Shown here: in pieces, positions 27,492 through 36,057 of the stretch
Position numbering within the stretch: the first letter of the stretch is position 1
How the letters are laid out: each line of letters opens with the position of its first letter
From: an uncultured Candidatus Binatia bacterium
GTDB lineage: Bacteria > Desulfobacterota > Binatia > UBA9968 > JAJDTQ01
DNA length: 64,000 nucleotides
Assembly (NCBI GenBank): GCA_964291295.2
Contig: OZ219754.1
Location: forward strand, 2,176,001-2,240,000
Direction of reading: 5' to 3'
Notes under the pieces: model-generated
What the model was told of the DNA's origin: nothing
The model's input: only the letters and a program-made list of their open reading frames with translations
Database searches by the model: none
Program-made: the position numbers and the translations under genes

Positions 27492-29681
27492 TCACGGACG
27501 CCCCGCCCACCTGTCCAGCTCTTCCAGCAAGGTCATGCCCGGCTCGTCACGCCAGTCGCGGCAGAGACCGGCCAGGGAGTGCTTGAGCGCGGGCAGCGGA
27601 TCGGCCGCCGGAGTCAGGAACGCCGTTTCGGCGCGAAGCCAGTCCAGAAGCGGATCCAGGCCGGCGAACCTTCCGCCCCGCAAGGCATCATGAAGGCGCG
27701 GTACCGTCTCTCCGGCAAAACGTTGCTTGTGGTCCAGGTCGATGATGTCCGGGAGCCGCAGTGCGGCGTCGTCGAGCGAGACGCCGATATGCGACAGCAA
27801 CTCGTTGTAGATTGCCCGCGCCACCCGGTTCGCCTTGCTTCGCACCTCTTCAAGCAGGTCCGTTCCGGCGGCGTCAAGGGGTTCGTCGTCCGGCAGCAGT
27901 TGACAGTACAGCTTCAGCTTGGGCTCCGTGCCCGACGGCCGGACGGTGATGACGAAATGGTCGGTACGGGCCTGCAGCAGGTTCCGCGGCAACCGATCGG
28001 TGTCACTGGCGAAAGCGCCGAAGCGTCCCGGGTCCCAGTAGTCGACGAAACTCCGAACCGCATGTCCCGCGAGCTCCCGGGGGGGCGCTTCCCTGAGGGC
28101 GGCCATGATGCGCTCCTTCCGGCGCGCCCCTTCCGCTCCCGCCAGGGTGATGCCGCGGTTGACGTTGTCGTAGCACCCCAGTTCCCGGAGCATGCCGGCG
28201 TAGTAGTCCAGCAGGGTCCGGTCCTCGTCCAGCAGGCGCTGGTAGAGTCCCGCCAGCACCATGCACGCGGGGGTGGCGTCCTTGTCCCGGATCCCCGGGG
28301 CCATGACCACGCCGTGGCTCTCCTCGGCCGCGATCACGAGGTCCTCGGGCGCGCAGGCGACGTCCCGGTAGCGGCCGGACCGCTCCAGGATCTTGAGCAC
28401 GTGGGCCACATGTTTGAACCCCACCAGCAGGTCGTCGATGAGCCACGAATCCCCCGCCTCGGCCGCGATCCTTCCCAGCAGCCGGGTGGTCACCAGGGTC
28501 TCCATCACCAGCCCCCGGCGTTGCGGTCCCCGGGGGTCGAGCATGAGATGGTGGCAGAGGATGGCGGCGATCTGGTTGCCGTCGAAGTGGTACCAGGAGC
28601 CGTCGGCAAGGCGGGCCTCCAGGCCGACGCGGTCGGCGTCGGGATCGCTGGAAAGGACGATGCCTGCGCCTTGCCGGTCGGCGAATTCCCGGGCCGGCAG
28701 GGTGGCGTGGGGCACCTCCGGGTTGGGCGCCTTGAAGGGAATGGCCGAGAAGCTGCCGTCCAGGCCCTGGTCCGGAGGGATCCGCAGCGTGAAGCCGAGC
28801 CGTTCCAGCACCTCCTTGACCGTGTTCACGCCGCAGCCGCACAAGGGGGTGTAGACCACCGGCGCATCCGCCCTGGGCGGATGGAGGCCGCCGTAGAGGC
28901 GGACGTAGGTGTCGACGTAGGCGGTTCGGAGGCCCTCCGGCAACGGGCGGATCATCCCCGACCGGAGCCCCTCCCCGAAGGGGACGGTGCGCACCTCGGC
29001 GGCCTGTTCCATGGCCTCCACCAGCTGCTGGTCCTCTGGGGCGACGGGCTGGCCGCCCCAGGCGTCGTAGACCTTGATGCCGTTGTCGTCCGGAGGGTTG
29101 TGGGACGCCGACACGTTGACGCCGCCGTCGCTGCCCAACTGGACGATGAAGAAGGACAGCTCCGGGGTGCTGGTTACCGCGTGATCGTCTTCAGGCCTCG
29201 CCAGGTGGGCGACGATGTCGTTGGCGGCGTAGATGCCGCACGCCAGCCGAGCCAGGGAGCGGGAGGAGACCCCCCGCAGGGGATGGTCCGGACCCAGGAA
29301 CCGGTACACGCCGGCGTTGTCGGCAAAGACGCGGACATCGTTGGCCACCACCACGCTCAGCGGCCGGCCGGGAAAGTTGTCCTTGAGGTAGTCGGAATGG
29401 CCCTGGGCGGTCATGGCGACGGTCGCCGGATTCATCCGGTTGGGGCCGTAGCCCATGGGACCGCGCCGCCCGCCGGTACCGAAGGGCAGCACCTGACGAA
29501 AGGCGTCGAACACGAGCGCCGGACTGCCGGCTTCCAGGTGCCGGTGGATGATCTCCGGTGCGGCGTAGGGGATCGCGCCGCTCGTCCAGAGCCGCAACTG
29601 AGCGGCCGCCTCGTGGCCGGCCGCTCCGTAGCGGTCCGCCAGCAGCGCGGACATTCGCTCGAGCCGCGCGGGGTCGGTCAT
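27492..29681 (-). CDS. Phospho-sugar mutase (PGM/PMM family) with C-terminal extension
   Basis: FGTGGRRG, SASHNP, DPDADR, EESHG and RPSGTEPKLKLY motifs. Confidence 0.9.
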   Translation of the reverse strand: MTDPARLERMSALLADRYGAAGHEAAAQLRLWTSGAIPYAAPEIIHRHLEAGSPALVFDAFRQVLPFGTGGRRGPMGYGPNRMNPATVAMTAQGHSDYLKDNFPGRPLSVVVANDVRVFADNAGVYRFLGPDHPLRGVSSRSLARLACGIYAANDIVAHLARPEDDHAVTSTPELSFFIVQLGSDGGVNVSASHNPPDDNGIKVYDAWGGQPVAPEDQQLVEAMEQAAEVRTVPFGEGLRSGMIRPLPEGLRTAYVDTYVRLYGGLHPPRADAPVVYTPLCGCGVNTVKEVLERLGFTLRIPPDQGLDGSFSAIPFKAPNPEVPHATLPAREFADRQGAGIVLSSDPDADRVGLEARLADGSWYHFDGNQIAAILCHHLMLDPRGPQRRGLVMETLVTTRLLGRIAAEAGDSWLIDDLLVGFKHVAHVLKILERSGRYRDVACAPEDLVIAAEESHGVVMAPGIRDKDATPACMVLAGLYQRLLDEDRTLLDYYAGMLRELGCYDNVNRGITLAGAEGARRKERIMAALREAPPRELAGHAVRSFVDYWDPGRFGAFASDTDRLPRNLLQARTDHFVITVRPSGTEPKLKLYCQLLPDDEPLDAAGTDLLEEVRSKANRVARAIYNELLSHIGVSLDDAALRLPDIIDLDHKQRFAGETVPRLHDALRGGRFAGLDPLLDWLRAETAFLTPAADPLPALKHSLAGLCRDWRDEPGMTLLEELDRWAGRP

Positions 29682-29763
29682 CTCGTGGGGTCCATGGAAC
29701 GGATTCCGGGTCTGCTTGTCCGCACCGCACGCCGGGCTTCGGGCGAGCGGCGCGGACAAGGTC

Positions 29764-29803
29764 CAGCGAAAAAAGGCGGCCCCGGAAGGCCGCCTTTTCG
29801 CTG
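29764..29803 (-). terminator. Rho-independent terminator (possibly bidirectional) downstream of the UbiD gene
   Basis: AAAAAAGGCGGCC-ccggaa-GGCCGCCTTTT hairpin with A and T tails. Confidence 0.85.
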
Positions 29804-29813
29804 CCGGCAAGTG

Positions 29814-31388
29814 TTACCGGCCGGTGCGGGCCAGCGAGTGGACCCAGCCGTGCATGCGGGACTTGGCGTTGGCGATGTCCTTGTCGCTGAAGAAGTGCTT
29901 GAGGTCCACCTTCTCCACCGCATAGACCGGGCGCAGGAAGTCGCTCTCGTAACCGAACGGCACCGTGGCGTCGATGCCCATGCCGCCCTCGAACACGGTG
30001 TTGGAAGCGGTCCACTGGCGGTCGCCGGCGGTCATGCGCTCAGCCGGCATGAAGGTCTGGCCGCGCCCGCCCGGAATCGGATTGAGGATGTCGGTCTTGG
30101 GATTCACCCGGGTGGTCAGGCACCACATGATGTCGTCCATGTCGTAGATGTCCGTGTCCTCGCTGGCCGCCACCACCAGGCGGGAGCCCTGGGAGGTGGA
30201 CAGGATGGCGGACATGAAGTTTCGCTGCCAGCCTTCCTCGATGCGGTTGCGCTTCTTGACCTGGATGATGGCACCGCCCCAGTCCGTCATGCAATAGGGA
30301 ATGTTCACGTCCTGGATGATGCCGGGCTGCATGCGCTCGCAAAGCAGGTACATGCAGGCCTCGCGCACGGTGGTGTCGATGTTGTGGTCGTCCAGGGTAT
30401 GGACCCCCAGCGGGAAGATGATGGGCTTGCCTTCGCGCTTGCGGGTGGTGACCGCGGTCACATGGAAGGTGGGCGCCTTGTAGGCCTTGCCCATGTAGCC
30501 GGCCCATTCCGGATGGAAGTGGAAGCGGCCCTGGATGTCCGCCTGCTCCGATTCGGCGGTCTCGTAGCGGCGGTCCCGCGGGTTCACGTAGCCTTCCAGC
30601 ACCACTTCGCAGTCGGCCAGGGCCAGGGCGTCGACGGTTCTGGCCTTGACCACGCGCACCGGCGAACCCTGTACCGCACCGGCCACACCCAGTTCGTCAC
30701 AGCCCTGGGGCAGCACCACGTAGTCGAAGCCGGCCCCCGCCAGCAGCGTGCAGGAGGGCGGCACCCCGAAGCACATGGTGATGGGAACGGGCTTGTCCGC
30801 CTTGTAGTATTTGGACACCACCTGCCACATGTGTGATCCGGGCGAGATCTGGAAGGTCGCCACGTTGCCCCAGCGGAAGTTCATGCGATTGTAGCCGAGG
30901 TCGGTGCCGCCATCGAAGTGCTCGCCGGAGATGAGCCGGTTGCCCGAGCCCACCGTGAGTTCCGGCTCGTACTCGGTGTGGCGGATGGGCAGCATGTACT
31001 CGTTGACTTCCTTGGGGTCCTTGATGATCTCCTCGTGCACCGGCGCCTGTTCGGAGCTCACCTCCATCGGCGGCAGCGGGTTCTTGATGGCGTCCGCGAG
31101 CTTGCGCGTGCGGTCGGTGTGGCTCTCCCAGCCGAACATCTTGTTGATGACGCCCATGTCGCCGAACAGGTTCGTGACCGCCCGGTGATACGGCTTGTCC
31201 TTGACGTTGTTGAACAGGATCGGACAGCCGCCGTCGAGGTTTTTCTGAATCGCGGTGATCTCCAGGTCGGGATCGACCTCCCTGTCGGTCTCGATCAGGT
31301 CGCCCTCGGCCTTGAGCCACTCCAGCGCGTTGCGCAGATCCTGTATCTGCTCAGCCGCGGCTCCGACTTTCCTTGCTGCTTTGGCCAT
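29814..31388 (-). CDS. UbiD-family (prFMN) decarboxylase, phthaloyl-CoA decarboxylase-like
   Basis: EVDPDLEI, LFNNVK, EVVLEGYV, PEWAGY, EDTDIYD..WCLTTRVNP and GIDAT motifs; AGAGGAG RBS. Confidence 0.9.
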   Translation of the reverse strand: MAKAARKVGAAAEQIQDLRNALEWLKAEGDLIETDREVDPDLEITAIQKNLDGGCPILFNNVKDKPYHRAVTNLFGDMGVINKMFGWESHTDRTRKLADAIKNPLPPMEVSSEQAPVHEEIIKDPKEVNEYMLPIRHTEYEPELTVGSGNRLISGEHFDGGTDLGYNRMNFRWGNVATFQISPGSHMWQVVSKYYKADKPVPITMCFGVPPSCTLLAGAGFDYVVLPQGCDELGVAGAVQGSPVRVVKARTVDALALADCEVVLEGYVNPRDRRYETAESEQADIQGRFHFHPEWAGYMGKAYKAPTFHVTAVTTRKREGKPIIFPLGVHTLDDHNIDTTVREACMYLLCERMQPGIIQDVNIPYCMTDWGGAIIQVKKRNRIEEGWQRNFMSAILSTSQGSRLVVAASEDTDIYDMDDIMWCLTTRVNPKTDILNPIPGGRGQTFMPAERMTAGDRQWTASNTVFEGGMGIDATVPFGYESDFLRPVYAVEKVDLKHFFSDKDIANAKSRMHGWVHSLARTGR

Positions 31389-31578
31389 TTCCAACTCCTC
31401 TTGTGTGATTTGCGATGGATTCGTTCCGCGTCCCGGCCCCGTGCGTGTGAGTGACTCCCTGACCGCCACCGGCGGCCTGCCGGTGGCGAACGCTTCCTCA
31501 ACACTGCAAAGGACACTGCAAAGGAACTCGTCGGGGAACCCTGCACTCGCGGGATGCACTCGCGAGCGGAGTCTGCCC

Positions 31579-31607
31579 ACACTAGCCAAAGGCCAGTACG
31601 CTGTCAA
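31579..31607 (-). promoter_or_regulatory. Sigma70-type promoter for the UbiD gene
   Basis: TTGACA-N17-TAGTGT on the minus strand. Confidence 0.65.
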
Positions 31608-31630
31608 CCTTCGGTTTGAGCCAGCGGCCT

Positions 31631-32896
31631 TCACGCGGGGGCGGGGTGGGAGCGCCGCTTCCATGCCATGCACGCGTGGATGCTCAGATAGGCCACGGTG
31701 AAGGATGCCAGCCCCAGAATCCAGGCGTACCGGTAGGACCCGGTGACGTCAAAGACGTAGCCGCCGAACCACGATCCGGCCGCCACGCCGATGCCGAAGG
31801 TGATCTCCAGCCATCCGAAGATGGTGGCGACGTTCCTGCCGCCGAAGATGTCGGCGATGGTGGAGCCGAAGGTCGGATTGCCGGAGCTGTGGCCGACGCC
31901 GTAGAGGACGGCGAAGGCCGCGAACCACCCGGCGGGGGCGCCGTCGTGCAGCGCCATGAGCACACCGACTCCGGCCAGAGTGAAAAGGGTGCCGAGGAGG
32001 TAGGCGCGGTCACGCCCGAGGCGGTCCGAGACGAATCCCCAGATGGCCGTGCTCGGAATCCGCGCCACCCCCACCAGGCTGAAGACGTTGGCGGCCAGCT
32101 GCTTCGACAGTCCCGCGTGGACCAGATGAGCCACCGCGTGGGTGTACATGAGCGCCAGGCCGGTGCCGATTCCCAAGTGGCCCACGGCGATGGCCCAGAA
32201 CGGAAACGAGGAGAGCGCCTGCGCGAGCGTCCATTCCCGCTTGGGCACCAGGCTCTCCGGCGGCCCCGCCGGCGTGTCCCCGGCCGCCGCCGAGTCGCCG
32301 TCCGGAAGTTGCCCGATGTCCTCGGGGCGGGGTCTCTGGAACAGGGCGTTCACCGGCACGATGGTGGCCAGCACGGCGACTCCCAGCAGCAGCATGGCCG
32401 CGCGCCAGCCGTGGCGGGTGATCACCGCCTGCATCACCGGGACAAGCAGGGTGCCGAAGCCCAGTCCCATGGTGGCCACGCCGATGGCCGCGCCGCGCCT
32501 GCGCCGGAACCAGTGGGAGAGCAGGGCCGTATTGCTGACAAAGCCGATGCAGCCGATGCCGAGGCCCACCAGCAGGCCATAGCCGACATGGAAGTGCCAC
32601 AGGGTCCGGCTGGCGCTCGACACCAGCAGGCCGACGCCGATGAGAACGCCGCCGACGGGCATGAGGATACGCGGCCCGAGACGGTCGTAGGCCCAGCCCA
32701 CCAGCGGCGACGAAAAGCTGTAGATGACGCCATTCACCGAAGCGATGGCGCCCGTGGAGGCCCGGGACCACCGGAACGCCTCCACCAGCGCGATGTTGAA
32801 GACGCTGAAGGAGGCCAGGATCCCCCGCATCAGCACCATGTTGAACAGGCAGATGGCGACGATGACGTAGCCGTAGAAGAGGGGGCGCCGCGCCAT
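31631..32896 (-). CDS. MFS transporter (OFA/MCT-like)
   Basis: FYGYVIV start, DRLGPR motif A, WFRRRRGAAIG, multiple TM segments. Confidence 0.9.
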   Translation of the reverse strand: MARRPLFYGYVIVAICLFNMVLMRGILASFSVFNIALVEAFRWSRASTGAIASVNGVIYSFSSPLVGWAYDRLGPRILMPVGGVLIGVGLLVSSASRTLWHFHVGYGLLVGLGIGCIGFVSNTALLSHWFRRRRGAAIGVATMGLGFGTLLVPVMQAVITRHGWRAAMLLLGVAVLATIVPVNALFQRPRPEDIGQLPDGDSAAAGDTPAGPPESLVPKREWTLAQALSSFPFWAIAVGHLGIGTGLALMYTHAVAHLVHAGLSKQLAANVFSLVGVARIPSTAIWGFVSDRLGRDRAYLLGTLFTLAGVGVLMALHDGAPAGWFAAFAVLYGVGHSSGNPTFGSTIADIFGGRNVATIFGWLEITFGIGVAAGSWFGGYVFDVTGSYRYAWILGLASFTVAYLSIHACMAWKRRSHPAPA

Positions 32897-32901
32897 GGGA
32901 C

Positions 32902-33840
32902 TCAGGACCGCGTCCGGATATGCGGCAGCGCCTCCTCGGCGAACCGCTGCATCTGCTCCAGACGGTCGGGCCAGCGCGGCACCATGAACTGGAGCGCCAG
33001 GTGCTCCACCCCCGCCAAACGGTAGCGGCCGATGGCTTCCACGAGCTGGTCGGGAGTTCCCGCCAGCCGGTCCGGCTCCTGCGCCACCGGCTCCCGGGTT
33101 ACCTCGACGGGAAGGCAGCAGTGGAGCCGCAGGCTCTCCGGTGAACGTCCGGCTTCTTCGGCACAGCGCCGGGCGTGGTCGAAGCGCGCGGCCAGCGCAT
33201 CGGGCCGGATGCGCACGAAATAAGGGAACCACGCGTCGCCGTAGCGTCCCGCACGCCGCCGGGCCCGGCGTCCCTCGCCGCCGATCCAGACGGGGATGCC
33301 CCGGGGGCCCTGGGGCTTGGGCAGGAAGGCGATGTCCCGGAACTCGTGGAACTCGCCGGAAAAGCTCGCATGATCCGTGCTCCAGATCTCCTTCAGGACT
33401 TCGAGTTGCTCGTCGGTGCGGCGGCCCCGCTCCTCGAACGGCACCTGCAGCGCCGTGAACTCCTCTTCCATCCATCCCGCCCCGACGCCCAGGATGAACC
33501 GGCCGCCGGAAAGGTGGTCCAGGGTAACGGCGATCTTGGCCCAGACCAGGGGTTGGCGGTAGGGCAGCACCAGAACGCTGATGCCCAGCTCCACGCGGCT
33601 GGTGCAGGCGGCAAGAAAGGTGAGGCAGGTCAGGGAATCGAGGAACGGGCGGTCCGGCGGTACGATGAAGGCCCCGTCCCCGCCGTAGGGATAGGGCGTG
33701 TCGATGCGCCAGGGGATGATGATCCGGTCCGCCGCCCAGATGGAGTCGAAGCCCCAGGCTTCGGCGCTCCGGGCCGCCTGGCGCAAGGTCTCGGGACCGG
33801 CGGCGCGCCCTGAAATGGGCAGGAAAACTCCGATTTTCGT
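32902..33840 (-). CDS. LLM-class (F420-type) oxidoreductase; apparent ACG start
   Basis: (T)KIGVFLP..AEAWGFDSIWAAD, LDHLSGGRFILGVGAGW and PVWIGG motifs; no in-frame ATG upstream. Confidence 0.85.
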   Translation of the reverse strand, partial: TKIGVFLPISGRAAGPETLRQAARSAEAWGFDSIWAADRIIIPWRIDTPYPYGGDGAFIVPPDRPFLDSLTCLTFLAACTSRVELGISVLVLPYRQPLVWAKIAVTLDHLSGGRFILGVGAGWMEEEFTALQVPFEERGRRTDEQLEVLKEIWSTDHASFSGEFHEFRDIAFLPKPQGPRGIPVWIGGEGRRARRRAGRYGDAWFPYFVRIRPDALAARFDHARRCAEEAGRSPESLRLHCCLPVEVTREPVAQEPDRLAGTPDQLVEAIGRYRLAGVEHLALQFMVPRWPDRLEQMQRFAEEALPHIRTRS

Positions 33841-33880
33841 GATGTGGCTCCGTTCGAAGGGGATCGGTCCGTCCGTGACA

Positions 33881-33910
33881 CGGATAGCCGAACGCGGCCG
33901 GCAGTGTCAA
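33881..33910 (-). promoter_or_regulatory. Putative sigma70 promoter for the LLM-MFS operon
   Basis: TTGACA-N18-TATCCG on the minus strand. Confidence 0.45.
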
Positions 33911-34334
33911 ACCGCGTCCGTCCAGGACGGTCGCGCGCAGTGCGCGCACGGCGGCGGTTTCGTTGTTCGCATCGTTGAACGCGAGATTTGCGAGCGGGGC
34001 TGCGTGGTCCACGCGGCTTCCTGGTGCGATGGGCGCCGCGAATGCGCTTCCCGTCCACCGCGATGGTGCGGCCAACGTTCACTCTGGACACTTCGGGTTG
34101 ACTGTTCCGGCTTGACTGTTCTCCACGATTGGATTATGAGTCCGGAAAAATTCACCTGCGTCTCGCTGGACGGATCAGAATCGCGACTCGGAGCCGGCGG
34201 GATTGCAACGAGGCAGGGTCGCGTGGTCCATGCTGTGATCCCTACATTCTCAACGCGCATGCAGTGCCCTCCGGCCGGAGCCCCCGGCCAGTTCCTGTGC
34301 TTCGGTCCGTGCCCCTCCCGGCACCCTTTCACAT

Positions 34335-34348
34335 CCCCCCCCCCCCCC
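34335..34348. repeat. C14 homopolymer tract
   Basis: 14 consecutive C in the intergenic region upstream of the lipoprotein gene. Confidence 0.9.
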
Positions 34349-34652
34349 GACACACACAAGGGGGGCAAACCTGCAGACGCGGGCCACACGCCGGCCTGAG
34401 CATCTCGCCACCCCATAAACCTCCTCCCGTTTCAACTTCGTTTTCCTCCACTACTGCTTCGTTCTTCCCTGTTACCGCTTCGCTCCCATCCGCTCTGCGG
34501 CACCCTCCGTGCGGGGCGCCGCCATGGCTCGGACGGCCAATCTCCCTTCATCCGCCATAATTCCTCGTCGTCCATCAGGCACCCGTATCTGGACTGTCCC
34601 GGAACCTCCTGTACTCTCCTTCCGGGACCATCACCTGAAGGAGCTTTTTGTC

Positions 34653-35717
34653 ATGACTCGTACATTCACAATCCCTCGCAAGCTAGTCGTTGCCTGCTCC
34701 ATCCTGGCCCTCTCCACCGCCCTCTACGGCTGCTCGTCCAGTAGTGGTGGCGATGGCCTTGACGACGACGACGATGAACTCGTGACCGTAGACCTGCTGC
34801 CCTTTGCCACCCATACCGGCCCCCGGGCGGACGGCCTGGTCAAGGCGATGGTCACCGCGACGCCGGACAACGTCATAGCCGTCACGACCAACTCCGAAGA
34901 CAGCGATTCGGCCACCAAAGTCCATATCGTGCAAATCGATGCGAACGAGCAAGGCATACCGACCATCGACGCCGGCAACCGTCCGGTTGCCCAGCAACTC
35001 AAGGATGTCGGGGAAGCGCCGGCGGCCAGCGGCTTGACCGGACGTGTGTTCAGGCGCCCACTACCGCAGGGCGGAACGCAGGAGCTCGTTGTGTACACGG
35101 ATCGGAAGGCAACTCCCAGCGGAGGCCAGGCCGACGACACTTACTCCGTGCTGGGCTGGTGGACGAACGAGCCTCAGGCTGTTGACGGCACCTGGTACAC
35201 GAGCCCATTCTTTGTCTTTGGGGACGCTTACGTGGATGAAGGCTTGAGTGAGGTAACCGGAACCGCCACTTATGCCGGCCACGCAGTCGGGCGGTTCGGT
35301 TTGCGCCCCGTCAGCGAAACAGGAATTTCGATACGGTCAGGGCCATTTACTGCCACGGCAAACCTGACGGCGAACTTCGATACCGGAGAGCTTGGAGGTT
35401 CCATCACCAACTTCCGAGACCAGGAGGGATCTGCCATCCCAGGATGGATGTTGAGACTGAATCCGATGAACCTCGAAGAAGGCTGGCCATACAGAGGTGA
35501 TATCAGTGGTACCGGTCCTGCTGCTGGTGTTAGCTGGAGGGGCATCTGGTCAGCCTTGTTCACCGACGGAGTCACCACCAGTCCTTTCGTACCCAGTGGC
35601 CATCAACCCGAGCTGTTGATGGGCTTTCTCAATGCCCGATACGGTAAGAGAGAAGTCACCGACTCTACCTACGTAGTTCTCATCGGCGCGTATACAGCCG
35701 AAAGGCAGACACGGTAG
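34653..35717 (+). CDS. Surface lipoprotein with TbpB/HupA-like C-terminal beta-barrel
   Basis: LYGC lipobox followed by Ser/Gly/Asp linker; TGTATYAG..FTATANLTANF..GSITNF; AAGGAG RBS. Confidence 0.75.
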   Translation: MTRTFTIPRKLVVACSILALSTALYGCSSSSGGDGLDDDDDELVTVDLLPFATHTGPRADGLVKAMVTATPDNVIAVTTNSEDSDSATKVHIVQIDANEQGIPTIDAGNRPVAQQLKDVGEAPAASGLTGRVFRRPLPQGGTQELVVYTDRKATPSGGQADDTYSVLGWWTNEPQAVDGTWYTSPFFVFGDAYVDEGLSEVTGTATYAGHAVGRFGLRPVSETGISIRSGPFTATANLTANFDTGELGGSITNFRDQEGSAIPGWMLRLNPMNLEEGWPYRGDISGTGPAAGVSWRGIWSALFTDGVTTSPFVPSGHQPELLMGFLNARYGKREVTDSTYVVLIGAYTAERQTR

Positions 35718-36057
35718 AAACCCCGCCCGCCGTGTGTGGAGCTTCCAGGCTCTTCCCGCGGTCGCCGGGCAACGAAGCCTCCCCGCCCGGCCGGGGAGGC
35801 CTTCGCCCGGGCGGTAGCGGGCGCCGAGCCGCAGGTTCCGCCCGACCGACTCCGCCCTGCTGAGCCCGGCAGACGACGTGAGCACCGCCATGGGCCAGGG
35901 CCGCGTCGTTCTGGCGTCCGGTTGACCTGGACCATGCAAAGGGGCTATGGCCTGCTACATCGTGCGCAGGCGCGGATGGGTGCGGAGGCGGTTGGCGGCG
36001 CGGTCCGTCCTGCCAAGGCACGCGAACACCAGGACATACCGAGGGGAGAGCACCACC

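Noticed and set aside
27579-30836. Very long opposite-strand ORFs (e.g. 27579-30836, 14087-16843, 35680-38028, 44249-46384)
   Set aside because: Shadow frames of well-supported genes in high-GC DNA; no recognisable motifs.
34361-34400. c-di-GMP-I riboswitch-like GGCAAAC...GGCCTGA
   Set aside because: Lacks the GNRA tetraloop and the CGCAAA segment; resemblance too loose without an Rfam scan.
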